Positions 38,034 through 53,160 of a DNA stretch of 64,000 nt are shown here, piece after piece (the first letter of the stretch is position 1; each line of letters opens with the position of its first letter). The notes under the pieces were generated by a model. The model had not been told where the DNA came from. It was given only the letters and a program-made list of their open reading frames with translations, and made no database searches. This DNA is from the human T2T-CHM13v2.0 reference genome, Homo sapiens. Position numbers and translations under genes: made by a program. The stretch lies in assembly GCF_009914755.1 (NCBI RefSeq), contig NC_060930.1; one strand, given 5' to 3'.

Positions 38034-39926
38034 AGAACACAGAAAGATTCTATTTAAACTCTCCGTCAGCTACAAAGAAGAGGAGTAACTTGCTACTACT
38101 AATTTATGTAAGTGACTTAGCGATATTCCATAATATCTGATCACTTTGCTAAGCATGGTTGTCATTATGAGTCAGACAAATCAGAGCTAATGTACCTTCT
38201 CTTTTATTTTTAGTTAATATAGCTAGCTAACTCTAGGATATTAATAAGTATAGATTATTGAATTTGGTTGGCACCTTCTTTTCACCATCTGCCAAGTTTA
38301 TTTCTGAATTAATCCTGCTGTGTGAGAAGCAAAAAAGGCTAACAGTTTGGTTCTCATTTTACAAAAGCAAGCACTTTTAAAGAGCAAGTTAACAAATTTG
38401 TGCAGAATAATACAGGGCAGACAATTAATCATGCTTTTTCACCCAATGATGTAGTTTACCATTGCTCTCACGTTTCCCCTGCTGACTGCCAGACATGCTC
38501 AATATGAGAAGAACTCTCTAAATCAATTCTTTCAGAGAACATACACATGTAAACAATCTCACCTTTATCACTCTTTTTCATCTATTTCCTTTCCTTTCTT
38601 TCTCCCTCCAAATGTTCACATAGCCTCACATTTCAAGATTTATCGTAATATGGTGACACAGATGATGAAATGTCCCTTTCTCTTTCTAATGCTCAAAAAA
38701 TCTAGTAAAGCAGATAATATTAACCCTGAGGTAACTGAAACAAAAAAGGTAAATAAAAGGGAGATTCTGAGGGGAGGGGCTTCAAGAAAGATAGCTGACT
38801 AGGCATCTGGCACTTGCCTTCTCCACAAAGAAGAACCAAAATAAGGAGTAGATAATTAAACTTCAAATAGACCATCTAGTATTCAACAGATAAGTGACAT
38901 GAAACACCTAAAGCAAAAAAGGAGAGAAAAACAAGGCAGTCTGCTCAGTTGGGACTGACTGGGAGCCTGGAAAGGCTCCTTAACACATGGAAAGGGTAAG
39001 TGAGTGACCCCCACTGATGCACATTTTCATCGTGGACTTCTGCTTCCTAGCCATTGGGATGCTTCTAGACTCTCACAGACCCCTCGAGGCTACCAAAGAG
39101 TTGCCTGGAGCCTGCCCAAAGGCACAGTTCCAGAGGAGAGTTCACGGTGGGTCCCACGGGTTTCACACACCCTTGAGTGCTAGGCAGCTACAGAAGCGTC
39201 CTTTATTGAGAGCCTATTCCCAACCAGGCTGCATCCTGCACAGGGCCCCAGCAGTCCTTGCATATCCACATCTCTGGAGCCACATTGACATTTCCCACCT
39301 GAAGTGTCTGCTGCACCTAGCTGCTGCTGCCAGAGATGATATATTTAACAAGTGCTGAAAGAAAAAAAAAAAAAAGAAACATCCACCTATGGATACTATA
39401 ACGAAGAAAGTTATTCTTCATAAATGAAAGATTAAAAAAAAAGTTTTTTCCAGACAAGCAAAAGCTAAGGGAATTTACTACCATTAGACTGGCCTTACCA
39501 GTAATGCTTAAAGGAGCCCTACACATGGAAGTGAAAAGATATCTACCATCATGAAAACACACAAAAGTATTAAACCCACTGGTAGAGCAAACACAAATAA
39601 GGAAGAGCAAAAACTCAAATGTTATCACTACATAAAACTACCTAACCACCATGATAAACAATAAGAGAAAAAGGAAACAAAAAATATGCAAAACAGCCAG
39701 AAATCAACTAACAAAATGACATATCAATAATAACATTGAATGTAAATGGATTAAATTTTCAATTTAAAAAATACAGAGTGGCTGAATGGATTAAAATATG
39801 ACCCAACTGTATTCTGTCTATAAGAAAGTCATCTCACCTGTAAAGATAGATATAGACTGAAAGCAAAGGGATATCAAAAGATACTTCATGCAAATGGAAA
39901 CCAAAACCAAGCAGGAATAGCTATAG

Positions 39927-39950
39927 TTTATCTTATAGCTATAAGATAAA
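39927..39950. repeat. 24-bp perfect palindrome
   Basis: TTTATCTTATAG|CTATAAGATAAA, inside the L1 endonuclease region. Confidence 0.95.
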
Positions 39951-41562
39951 ACAGACTTTAAGTTCAAAACAGCAAAAGCAGACAAAGAAGGTCATTATGT
40001 AATGAAAAAGGGATCAATTCAGCAAGAGAATGTAACAATTCTAAATGTATGCACCCAACAATGGAGCACCTAGATATATAAAGCAAATATTATTATATCT
40101 AAAGGGAGAGACAAACTCCAATGCTATAATAGTGGGGACTTCAACACCCCACTCTCAGCATTAGACAGATCATCTATATAGAAATTAACAAAGAAACATT
40201 GGATTTAAGTTGGATATTAAACCAAACGAACCTAACAGACATTTATAGAACATTTTATCCAACAGCTACAAAGTGCACATTCCTCTCATCAGCACATGAA
40301 ACATTCTCTAGGATGGACCATATGTTACAAAACAAAACAAGTCTCAACAAGTTTTTAAAAATTGAAATGATGTCAAGTATCTTCTCTAACTACAGTGAAA
40401 TAAAACTAGAAATCAATAACAAGAGGAAATTTGGAAACTGTAAAAAATGTGGAACTTAAACAACAGACTCCTGAATGACCACTGGGTCAAGGAAGAAATT
40501 AAGGAGTAAATCAAACAATTTTTTAAACAAATAAAAATTGAAACACAGCATACCAAAACCTATGGGGATACAGCAAAAGCTGTGCTAAAAGGCAAGTTTA
40601 TACTGACAAACAACTACCTCAAACAAAAGAAAGATTTTAAATAAACAATCTAATAATGCATCTCAAGAACTAAATGAAAATAAGGACAAATCAAACCCAA
40701 AACTGGCAGAAGAAATCACAAAGTTTAGAGCAGAACTAGACAAAATAGAGACTTTAAAAAATATACAAAGGATAAAAAAATGTTGATTTTTTGACAATAT
40801 AAACAAGACCAATAGGCCGAGTAACCAAGATAAAAAAGAGAAGACCCAAATAAACAAAATCAGAAAAACAAAAGATATTACAATTGTCACTAGAGAAATA
40901 CAGAAGACCACAAGACAATCATGGATAACTATATACTAACAACTGAAAATTTTAGAGAAAATGAATAAATTCCTGGAGACATACAACCTACCAAGATTGA
41001 ATCAGAAAGAAATAGAAACCAGAGCTGACCAATAATGAATAATGACACTGAATTATAATAAAAACTCTACCAATAAGAAAAGTCCAGGATCAGATGATTT
41101 CACTGCTGAATTCTACCGAATCTTCAAAGATGAACTAACACCTATTCTTCTCAAACAATTCCAAAAAAATTCAAGGAAAGTAAAGTTGCCCTAATTCATT
41201 CTAAAAGGCTGCCATTACTCTGATACCAAAACCAGACAAGGATGCAACAAAGAAGAAATCTATAGGCCAATATCCCTGATGAACATAGATGCAAAGTTCC
41301 TTAAAAAAATACTAACAAACCAAATCCAACAGCACATGTAAGATATAATGCACCATGATCATTATAGCAGTGGGATTTATAGCAGGGATGCAAGGATGGT
41401 TCAACATATGCAAATCAATAAATGTGACATATCACATTAACAAAATAAAGGAAAAGAACCATATGGTAATCTCAACAGACTCCTTAAAAGCATTTGATAA
41501 AATTTAACATCTCTTCCTGACAAAAAACTCTCAACAAACTAAGAATTGAAAGAACCTAGCTC

Positions 41563-41855
41563 GGCCAGGCACGGTAACTCACGCCTGTAGTTCCAGCACT
41601 TTGGGAGGCCGAGGTGGGCAAATCACTTGAGGTCATGAATTCAAGACCAGCCTGTGCAACATGGTGAAACCTCGTCTCTACTAAAAATACAAAATATTAG
41701 CAAGGCATGGTGGCACGCACCTATAGTCCTAGCTACTCAGGAGGTTGAGGTGGGAGAATCACTTGAACCCAGGAGGCAGAGGTCACAGTTAGCCAAGATC
41801 ATGCCATTGCGCTCAAGCCTGGACAACAGAGCAAGACTCCATAAAAAAAAAAATA
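41563..41855 (+). mobile_element. AluS (Sx/Sz-like) nested in the L1
   Basis: Full dimer ggccaggcacggtaactcacgcctg...gcaagactccataaaa. TSD-like aac(c/a)ta(g/a)ctc. Confidence 0.9.
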
Positions 41856-43859
41856 ACATAACTCAACATAATAAAGGCCATATATGACAAATCCACATCT
41901 AACATCACACTAAATGGAGAAAAGCTGAATGTCTTTTCTCTAAGGCCTATAACAAGACAACATTGCCCATGTTCAGCACTCTTATTTAACATAGTGCTGG
42001 GAAGTTCTAGCCAGAGAAATCACTTGAGAGAAAGAAATAAAAGGCATTCAAATTGGGAAAGAGAAAGGCAAATTGTCACTCTTTGCAGATGATATGATCT
42101 TATGTCTAGAAAACCTAAAGACTCCACCAAATTCTTAGATCTGATAAGTAAGTTAAATAACTTTGCAAGATATAAAATCAACATGCAAAAATCAGTAGTG
42201 TTTCAAAGAAAATACGTAAAGATAAATTTTACCAAAGAGGTGAAAAACTTCTACAAGGAAAACTGAAAAACTCTTATGAAAGAAATTGAAAAGGACACAA
42301 AAATTATGGGCTCTAATTAATTCTAATAGAAGACTTCTGAAAATACATAATATTACTGATATTAGAAAAATATATATATACACACACACAATCTGCATAT
42401 TTTACATATAGTTTTTTTTGTCAAAAGTGTGTGAAAAAATTCATTGTTTTATGATATAAGATATTTGATATAATGCTAAATCTAGGTAAATTAATCCCAG
42501 AACTTATTTTCTGTGCAAGTATTAAAAGCATCCAGAAGAAAACTTATTATGATCTCTTGAGAATGATTATGGGATAATCGGTATCACCTGGGATTATGGT
42601 TACTTTGCATGTTGGCATATCCAATGAATTCTGGTTGATCAAAGTTTAGGGCAACTATGCTAAGGGAAACTGCTAAGAAAGGACCTTAGATTTTTCAGTC
42701 CATGCTTTGGCTTGAGGTCAATGAATAGGTAAAATGCGTACACTCAAAGTTACACCTTCTCAGAGAAAAGAAGCTACAAAAAAAAAAACAAAACAAAACT
42801 GGAGGGTCATTTTTTTTTGCTTGAGGTCTAAAATAGTCACTTGGGGTGACTGAGTCAAAATATGAGGGTAAAAGTTAATAATTCAACATCAGAAGTAAAT
42901 TAAGCATTTCAGAATGAGGATTGAATACAGGAAATTATGAAGGTATCTCTGTTGCCCCAGAATTATAATAGTACAGATTTTGGGCCTTGGGATAATTCCC
43001 GGACATATGGGTCAAAATCAGGTAAAGCCGAAGGGATGGAAAACTGCAGGAAATAGAGCATTTGGCAAATAGCAAATCCTGCTGATGTAAGAAAGATGCA
43101 GACCTAAAGATTAGAATTGTAGAGCATGGCTCAGAGCTGGAACAGAGTTTGTGAGGGTGAAAATATAAATGGGCCCAGGGTAAAAGACCCTGTAGATCCA
43201 GACTGAGATACTAAGCCCTAGTCCAACCTCTGGGACTTATCTTATCCCAATGTTCCAATAGGATAAATTATTCTCTACCACCTGGAAGATTGCAAATCTA
43301 GGAACTAAGTAGGCCATTTCAACCAAGGAATTACATAGCTGCTTGAACTTAGGTAAAGGTAGCTCTTCTGAACAGAAGTATTACAGAAGAAGAAGAAGCA
43401 TTACTTCATTGGCTTTAGCATCAATTCCTTCTTAACACAATTATTTTATACACAGATGGCAATCTTAAGCCAATACTCTTAAAATATTTCCAGATAATAA
43501 TACCAGCAACTTGATACATTATTTAAATGTATTTCTTTACCCTTTAGTTTCAGATTGTGTTTCTTGTTGACAAATTTGTAAATCATAAACAACTAAAAGT
43601 TAATATTTTGTGAGAGGAAAGATCAAAGATGAGGGAAAAGACTGAGGACAACTGGGTACTGCCCTATGGCATGCCCTGGGGAATGCACTCTCATAGAATC
43701 AATTGTTAGACCATGACCTTCTCAGAAAGCACTTACATGAAGAACAGTCCCTTCCTTGCCTTAACCAAAGAATTAACTCTACAAAGAATTAACATGAACT
43801 CTACAAGAAATACATCTTCTTTTTAATCTTCCTCACCTCAGTGAATCTGTTATTTGTTT

Positions 43860-44343
43860 AAAAAAGTTACTGAGGTATAACTTACATATAACACAGCATG
43901 CAAGTCTTAAGTGTATAGTTTGATTGATTTACAACTATGTATATGCTAGTGTAACCACTACCAAAAGCAATATATAGATGATTTCCAACACCCAGGAAGG
44001 TCACTTGCACCCCTTTCAGTCTGAAGCCCTCAAGAGTAAAACCTATCTTGATATAACTAGGATTAGTTTTATCAGTTTTTAAACTTTGAATAAGTGAAAT
44101 ATCTATTTTTAATGTCTAACCTTTTTCACTACTCATTATTATACTTATGAGATTCAACCACGTTGCATGTGAAGAAGTTTGATTTGTTAATAACTGCAGA
44201 GTATTCCATGGTATACACACAGTATAATTAATTTAATCATTCTATTATTTATAAGAATTTTGATTATTTTCAGTTTGGAACTATTATAAATAAAACTATG
44301 AACATTTTCTCTGTACCTCTTTTAGTAAACACTGTTGCTATTC

Positions 44344-44392
<49 letters not shown>

Positions 44393-44985
44393 TTGGATAT
44401 ATACCCCAGAGTGGGATTATTGGGCTGTATGGTATACACATGTCTTCCTTTGGTAGGTATTGTCAAATATTTTTCCAAATGAGTTTTATCAAATCATACT
44501 TCCATCAGCTTCATACCCTCACCTATTATTTGTATTCTCAGCTTTTTTCAATTTTAATCTATTATGTTTGTGTAATACTATTTCATTGCAGTTTTTAATT
44601 TATATTTGTTTAATAACAAGATATTGAGCTTATTTACATGTGCTTATCAGCCACTTTGATCCCATCTTTTCTGTAATCTCTGTTGAATGTTTTTTCCATG
44701 GTTGTAATTAGGTTGGCTCTTTTTCTTATTCGCTTGTATGAATTCTTTACATGTTCTTGATAGGGCAATTGTCAAATGTTTTACGAATACCTTCCCTTAG
44801 TCTGTGGCTTATTATTTGAACTATCTTAGTTGTAGCTTTTGTTAAACAAAAGTTTCTAATTCAAATAAATCTAGCTAATTTTTATTTTCTTATGTTAGTG
44901 CTTATGCATGTGTTGGCATGTGTGTGTTCTATTTAAGAAATTTTGGTTATCCAAAAGTAATGAGTCATAAAGGCATTTTCTTCTA
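43860..44985 (-). mobile_element. Old L1M (ME/MD-like) 3' region
   Basis: tactgaggtataacttacatataac...gagtattccatggtat...ttggatatataccccagagtgggattattggg. Confidence 0.75.
44346..44385. repeat. (TG)20 microsatellite
   Basis: Directly visible. Confidence 0.95.
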
Positions 44986-44994
44986 TAAGATAGA

Positions 44995-45400
44995 TTTAAC
45001 ATTGAAAAAATATTGGAGAACAAAGCTGTAGGATTTACAATACCAAGTATTAAAACTCACTATAATGCTGAAGTCATTAAGACAGAGTACTAGTAACACA
45101 AATACAGATAAATGGACCAATGGCATATTATGTAATACAGAAACAAATTCACATACATAGTCATCTGATTTATGACAAAGTCTCAAATGCAATTGAGTGG
45201 GGAAAGGATGATCATTTTTATAAAAGAGATGAGGTCAATGGAATATCTAATAGAGAAAAGATAAGGATTCTGATAACTACCTTCCACTAAAAACAAAAAT
45301 TGTTTTCCCTTGAGTTATAGATTTAAATGTGAGTACCATCTTATTTTTACAAATCTAAATGTGCAAACTATCATATTTGTAAGACATAAATACCAGCTAT
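44995..45400 (+). mobile_element. Old L1M ORF2 fragment, opposite in orientation to the adjacent piece
   Basis: gaacaaagctgtaggatttacaatacc...cagataaatggaccaatgg...catctgatttatgacaaag...ggggaaaggatgatcattttt. Confidence 0.7.
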
Positions 45401-46240
45401 TTGATGATTATCTGATATTATTTGAAGTGTGCAGTCATATTTCTTCCAAATTCTCTTGTCTAATGATTTTCTCTCATTATAGTCAATTTGATCCATTGCA
45501 TTATATGTAAAAGGTCTTTGTGAAAACAAAAGGAAGGTGGTTGGTGGTTGCTTTGGTATATATTACTAAAGGTAAGATTTCCATAAGCAGTTTTGGAGAG
45601 AATAATTCAGAGAGTACAAAGCATTAATGGGATTGAGATAGAAACTGGAAAGGGAGTGAGGGAGCAGGAAGGGCCCAAAGGGAAGTTGAGGAGGGCTGAG
45701 GTGGGGCACAAAAGTTGTGTAATTTACAAGTCCAAGACCTAGCATGAAGACCCTGGAGACTTGAAACAAGGGTGGAGACTGGCAGATGGAAAGACTGCAG
45801 AAAGAAGTTTGGACAGCTTAAAATCCTGCCCGCTGGGGCCCATCACTAGTTCTCAATTTCTCCTTCATGCTGTCTTGGTTCTGATAGAGGCTGCCTTACA
45901 GTCTGTAAAATAAATCTTTAATCGCCATTATCCATTAAATGTCTAGCAACTCCCGAAAACAAAATGTCAAGTTATAAAAGTGACAGAGGACCACTACCTG
46001 TTTGACTATGGCCCCTTATTACTGGCTAATTCTTTTGGCAGCATTTTCAATATTTTGTGAAATAAAAGATGCCTACGTTGTCATTTTCAGATCTATATAA
46101 CCCTATGGTAATTGTCCCTACGTGAAAAAATGTTTCTTCTAAGCCCTCCCCAAGAAGTTCATGAGAATGAACTCAACATGTAATATTACTTTATATTTGG
46201 ATAGTATATCAGCTTATAAACACCTTTATTAAAAGCATGG

Positions 46241-46478
46241 AGATAACTAACATTTACTTTTAGATAACAATAGCATTAGAATAAAACTTTGCATGTAATC
46301 TCATTTAACATTATAACAATGCTTTTGGGTAGTCACTTATGAATCTTATTTTCAAATAAAGAAACTGACAAAGATATTATATAACTTACCCAAGTCCACA
46401 CAGCCTTTAAATTTGTGTCCTGATAAGAACCAAGCCTTTCTCTATGTAGTGTATTTGTGCTTTTAAATGACAGTCCAC
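46241..46478 (-). mobile_element. MIR (same orientation as CRISP1) hosting exon 1 and its donor
   Basis: Minus strand tgtcatttaaaagcac...ttggttcttatcagg...gctgtgtggacttgggtaagttat...tgtcagtttctttatttgaaaat...ttgttataatgttaaatgagatt...taaatgttagttat, collinear with the MIR consensus. Confidence 0.75.
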
Positions 46479-46500
46479 AGGGGAGATTTGTTCAATGAGG
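46390..46500 (-). other. CRISP1: CRISP1 non-coding exon 1 (5'UTR); 5' boundary approximate
   Basis: Strong donor TGG|GTAAGT at 46390/46389, with no ATG in the exon. Joining it to exon 2 gives ...ggacttggGGATGG, a strong Kozak context (-3G, +4G). It agrees with my recollection of the CRISP1 cDNA leader (not verified here). Confidence 0.8.
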
Positions 46501-46600
46501 TAGTCAGTACAAGGTAAATGCCTATAACAGATCAAGGGATTTACGGTGGACACCAGGCATGAATACATGATAATCAGAACAAATCTAGAGTCTGTGAAGA
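46500..46600 (-). promoter_or_regulatory. Putative CRISP1 core promoter
   Basis: Lies directly upstream of exon 1, with a weak TATA-like TTATAGG at 46527-46521. No CpG island, as expected for a tissue-specific gene. Confidence 0.45.
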
Positions 46601-46794
46601 TTACAAATCATGATTATGGGGACATTTCTAGTTTGTAACCAAGGCAACATCATCAATGGAACTCACCAATTTTAAACTTTTACCCTGGGAACTAACTGCA
46701 AAGATTAGTTGCATGATTCAGCAGAGCCACAATCAGATAACAAAGGTCACTGTAAGGGAAAATGACTTGCTGGTCCAGAAACTTCTCAACTTTA

Positions 46795-47060
46795 TTAAAT
46801 TCATTCAGTAATTATTTATTGAGGTCTTAAGATGATTTATGCTCTCTTCTAGATGCTGAGGATACATAGAATCACCAAACATATAAACTACACAATCTTA
46901 TGGAGTTTGGTAACTGTTCTATAATGTGTCACATACTTGGAGAGGCTCTGGGAATGAAAAGATAAGTAGTCCATTTTCCTAAGACCTTCCTGGTTAAAAG
47001 GAAAACTTCTGCAATTTGGGAGAATTCTAATAGAGATTTGTCCAGAAACAATGTGGAAGC
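46795..47060 (-). mobile_element. L2 3' fragment
   Basis: ttcattcagtaattatttattgagg...ttctagatgctgaggatacatagaa...cttatggagttt...aagaccttcctgg. Confidence 0.6.
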
Positions 47061-48989
47061 AACTAACTACCTTGAGAGGTCTAGAAATACTGAACACTAA
47101 ATTGTAAAACACTAAAAATTCCAGAAATCATTTGAGTCACATGATGAGAAATATCACAGGACACTTAGAACAAAGAAAGAAATATCACACAGACAGAAAT
47201 CACATATGAGAATAGAAAATTTACTCTGAAACTAGGTGTAATCAGATGTTTTTGAATTGTCTTATTATTCTGAAAAGTTGGGAAATGTTTGTATATGTGA
47301 GTGCATGGTCGCTTATATTGAAGTCATAGCTTGCTGGCCTCTTTTTAAAATTATGAATTAAGTCTTTGTTCTTTGTAAGAAAGAATACATTATTATTTAA
47401 TAAAAAATATTTTTCTTGTATCTTGCTTAAGAAAGGGCAATTGAATATCTAAAAGGAAAGAGTAAAAATAAGGTAAGAATTGTGTAGTCATAAGTTATTT
47501 TGTGTTAGTTCTGGGGTGAGGGTTAGGAAATAAAAATTAAAAGAAAGATCAGAGTCTCTTAAGATAGAACTTTCTGGTCTTGCTAAAGTATATAATGAAT
47601 GTCCAGAAAACCATCTGCAGGAAAGGAGAACTAAACATCACTAAAAATTGCTCACCTATACCTAGAAGAATTTCTCTTTTGGTTGAGGGAGATGGTGTTA
47701 ATCTAAAAACATAGAAAAGCTTATCTGTAAACTCTTTCATAGATAAGATGAATTATCTTTAGCTTAACTTTAATTGGCTTTAAAGAATTTTACATGATCT
47801 TGAAATTAACACTTCCAAATTATTGAGCAACTTTCTCCAACAAACTACATTGTAAAAAGAAAGCTGCAAAAGAATGCTATTACTTCACCAAACCAGCATG
47901 GTTTATATATTAGAAATGTATAATTGTCATTTATTTCTTGCTAAACTGCTGTTTATAAAGGAGAGTGTTGATTCAACATCAAGTCAAGTGTTTATGGAAA
48001 CTTAATTGCTCTGGTTTTATCTGTTGGTCCTGGCAATTCCTGGCATTGCTCTACCCAACACAATGCTGTCTGTATTTATAGCACTGATGTCTTCATATAG
48101 AGTTGCTATCCAGCTTCATATATGGTTTTAAAAGAATTTGGGAAGTGTTGGAAAGCAAGGAATAACTTGATTTGCATGTGAGTCCCAAACATGGGTGCCA
48201 GTTGGCTGTTTCTGTTCATAAATTTCCTATTTTCATAGATTGTTCTCTTTCTGTTTAAGCTTTTTAGCATAGTAGGAAACTATCTACAATAACTTTTTTC
48301 CCTAAAATAATAATCTGACACATTTATCTAGCATATCATAACATGATAGAATATTTCTAACTGGATTATCCCAGAAAAATCTTGAGAGATAGATAAAGGC
48401 TAATGTGTTTACAATCACATCATGTTTGTCTGAATATATCCATTTTTAAAAGAAACTTTAAATCAATCATTTACTCAGAGATTGGCTAACAAAAATTTTA
48501 GAAAGCCCAGATATATAATACATGTTGAAGGAAGCATTCATGTGTTAAATGTGATTTTAAAATCATATTTGTAAAATAATTTTGCATATATTCTGGCTGT
48601 GGCTTTATTCTAATTATCCACTGGACACAGACATCCTCTCCTTTCCCTTCACTTTCTCCATGACTGAACTCTTACCTACAACAATCCCATTTGTGTCTCA
48701 TTGCTTCTTCATACCACTCAGTAAAATTGTGCTTATGCTTCAAAGTCCTGTATGTTGCAAGGGCTCAATGACTCCAGACTTGCTCAGAAACTCAGGCCAA
48801 AAAGTACTCTAGACTTTAACAAATTCAAACTTATGTTGCACATAAAATAAAGCCAAAGTCAGTTTCTGAATTTGAATTTTAAGAACCCTGGGAGATTAAT
48901 GGCCCTTTGAAATTTCCCCCCTCTTCTTCTACAATTTATAGCTTTCATAATCAGAATGAAAGTCAATATACATTTATCCTTCTATTCAA

Positions 48990-49506
48990 CTTTGTTTTAG
49001 TTGTCTACTTCTCATAATAAATAATCCCAAGGCTCAATGATTTAAAGCAATAAATGTGGTCTCTTGGTTTCTGGGAATCAGTAATTCAAGGATGGCTTGA
49101 CTGAGCACATTTGGTTTATGGTGCCTCATTGATTGCAATCAGTTGTCAGTTGAGGCTGCAGACATTTATATCTCTGATGGCTTTCCTGCTTCCAAATTGA
49201 TTTACTTATATGACTTGCAAGTTGGTGCTGTTTGTTGGTGGGAAGCCCTAGTTGCTCTCCAGATTGGCCTTTCCACAGGGCTTCTGATTATCCTTATAAC
49301 TTGACAGTCACCTACCCCTGAGCAAATGATGCAAGAACACAGGAGAGGCTGCAATGCCTTTTATGACATAGAGTGAGAAGTCACACACTTTAATATTCTA
49401 TTGTTCACAGAGTCTAGCTCTAATTCGATTAACAAGAAGACCACACAAGAGCATAACTACCAGGAGGCAAGGATTATTGAAGCTATCCTGGAAGTTGCCA
49501 TCATAC
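48990..49506 (-). mobile_element. MLT1 (G/H-like) solo LTR
   Basis: cataataaataatcccaaggctcaatgatttaaagcaa...gaggctgcaatgccttttatgac...gaagtcacacac...ccaggaggcaaggattattg. Confidence 0.75.
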
Positions 49507-49699
49507 ACTCCTACCCCTAACCTCTTTTTAACTTTAAATTCAGTTTTTTCTACAGCTCACTTGAGGAAAGTCTTGTGATTCCTCTCAAGTTAACAGAAAG
49601 ATGTCAGTATAAAGCTGGAAGTATGAAAACAGTATCCTTTCTTTCCCAGGAGTAAAAGTGTTAAAAAATCATGCCAAAAATTTAAATGGAAAAGGAAGG

Positions 49700-50081
49700 T
49701 ACTATGGTCTAAATGTTGGTGTCCCCTCAAAGTTTATATGTTGGAACCTAATACCTAATGTGATTGTGTTAAGAGTTAGGGCCTTTTGGGAAAGACTAAG
49801 TCAAAAGGGCTCCATTCCCTTCAATCTCGTTTATAAGGGGACTAATCCCAGGGGTACTAAACCCAAACAAGGTTGAAGGGAGTGCCTGTGCCGTTTTTGC
49901 CATGTGAGGATGCAGCTAGAAGGTGCCATCTATAAGGAACAGGTCCCTTCTCAGACTTTAAATCTAACAGCTCTTTGATCTTGGACTTCCCAGCCTACAG
50001 AACTGTGAGAAATAAATTTTTGTTTTTTGTACATTACCCAGTCTAAGGTATTTTATTATCACAGGCCAAACAGACTAAGAA
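49700..50081 (+). mobile_element. MST (C/D-like) MaLR solo LTR
   Basis: tactatggtctaaatgttggtgtcccctcaaagtttatatgttggaacctaat...cttggacttcccagcctacagaactgtgagaaataaa...cagactaaga. Confidence 0.85.
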
Positions 50082-50206
50082 AGAAAGATAGACAAATAAA
50101 TTGCACTGTCACAAAAACAAACTTCCTAACCAATACCAAGTCTGGCAATCACATGGATCTTTCTCAAAAATGACTGTAGAGATTTAGATACAGTTAATTT
50201 GGAATT

Positions 50207-50500
50207 TGTGTCAGCTAGGATGCCAACACAAAAAGATGACATACTCAAACTGGGTAATTGAGGGAGAGTTTAATGATGGAAATTTCCAAAGTTGAGGGTA
50301 GGGTGTAATAATACCAGTATGGACAATAGAGTAACCAGTAGTAGTAAATTTGTCACTCCTAACCTGAATGGGTGAGAGAAAGCAGGAGTTATTGTAGGTT
50401 GGAAAGTGAGGGAGCTGTGTGGAAAGGGCTGCCTTGCAAGAAGCTGTGGCCTCAGGTATTGAAACACAGCTAGCCCATAGAACTTCTTCAGGTTGGGAAG
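50207..50500 (-). mobile_element. LTR33-like ERVL LTR fragment
   Basis: agatgacatactcaaactgggtaattgagggagagtttaatga. Confidence 0.55.
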
Positions 50501-50775
50501 TAAGTAAATACATACCTTGGACTTTGGCCAAAACTGACTCGAAGTCAAGGTCAAGAGAGCCTGTTAATACAGACAATTATGCAAATTTATATGATTTAAT
50601 TTCTAACCTTCAGTTTCTTGTGAGACTCACCCAAATTTACTTGAGTTGTTTAACTCTGTATATATAACAACATCCTTGAGTTATGAAGGATATTGTTTTC
50701 TGCTCCAAATTAATCCCCAAATTTTGCTTAAGGTTGTTTGTGTAGACTTCAGTTAGGGTTTCTAATAACAAAATA

Positions 50776-51128
50776 GGCCAGGCGTGGTGGCTCATGCCTG
50801 TAATCCCAGCACTTTTGGAGGCCGAGGTGGGCGGATGACCTGAGGTCAGCTGTTTGAGACCAGCCTGGCCAATCAATGTGGTGAAACCCCATGCCTACTA
50901 AAAATACAAAAATTAGCTGGATGTGGTTGTGCGTGCCTGTAATCCCAGCTACTCAGGAGGCTGAGGCACGAGAATCGCTTGAACACAGGAGGCAGAGGTT
51001 GCAGTGAGCTGAGAGATCGCGCCATTGCACTCTAGCCTGGGGGATAAGAGGGAAACTCCATCTCAAAACAAAAACAAAAACAAAACAAACAAAAAAAAAA
51101 ACAAAGAAAGAAAGAAAAAAATAAAAAA
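50776..51128 (+). mobile_element. AluS (Sq/Sp-like) with a long patterned A tail
   Basis: ggccaggcgtggtggctcatgcctgtaatcccagc...cctgggggataagagggaaactccatctcaaaacaaaaac.... Confidence 0.92.
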
Positions 51129-51493
51129 GTGTGTCTGTCTTCCTTCTAACATGCACTCATTATTCAAAAACATTGATTTAAGTGCCATCTCCATGCCAGG
51201 TGAGATATAAGATGATGAACACATAGTTTTGAACAAAATAATTGCCCTACTGGAACAGAGGTTACATTGTAATGATCACATGGCTTCAGGAAATAGACAT
51301 AGTAATGAGGACAAAGTGATGGATGCTTCTAAAATGGTCACTCTACAGGGAAGTAATCCATGAATCTACTGAACATAAACTCAGCGAAAGTCAAAGCCAA
51401 TTTTTTCTAAGTCCAACCCACCATACATTTGAAAAATATGTAGAAATACATTAGAAATCTGTAAACAGGTACACATTAAAAAGGGATAAGCCA

Positions 51494-53160
<1,667 letters not shown>

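Larger units (their letters stand above)
38770..42305 (+). mobile_element. L1M/L1MA element: 5'UTR piece, internal deletion, ORF1 end, ORF2 EN and RT regions; 3' part missing
   Basis: 5'-end text (aagatagctgactag...ctccacaaagaagaaccaaa), jumping to the ORF1 C-terminus near 39335. EN motifs (ggggacttcaacaccccactctcagca; ORF 40199 LTDIYRTFYP) and RT motif (ctctttgcagatgatatgatc = FADD). Many stops. Confidence 0.9.
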
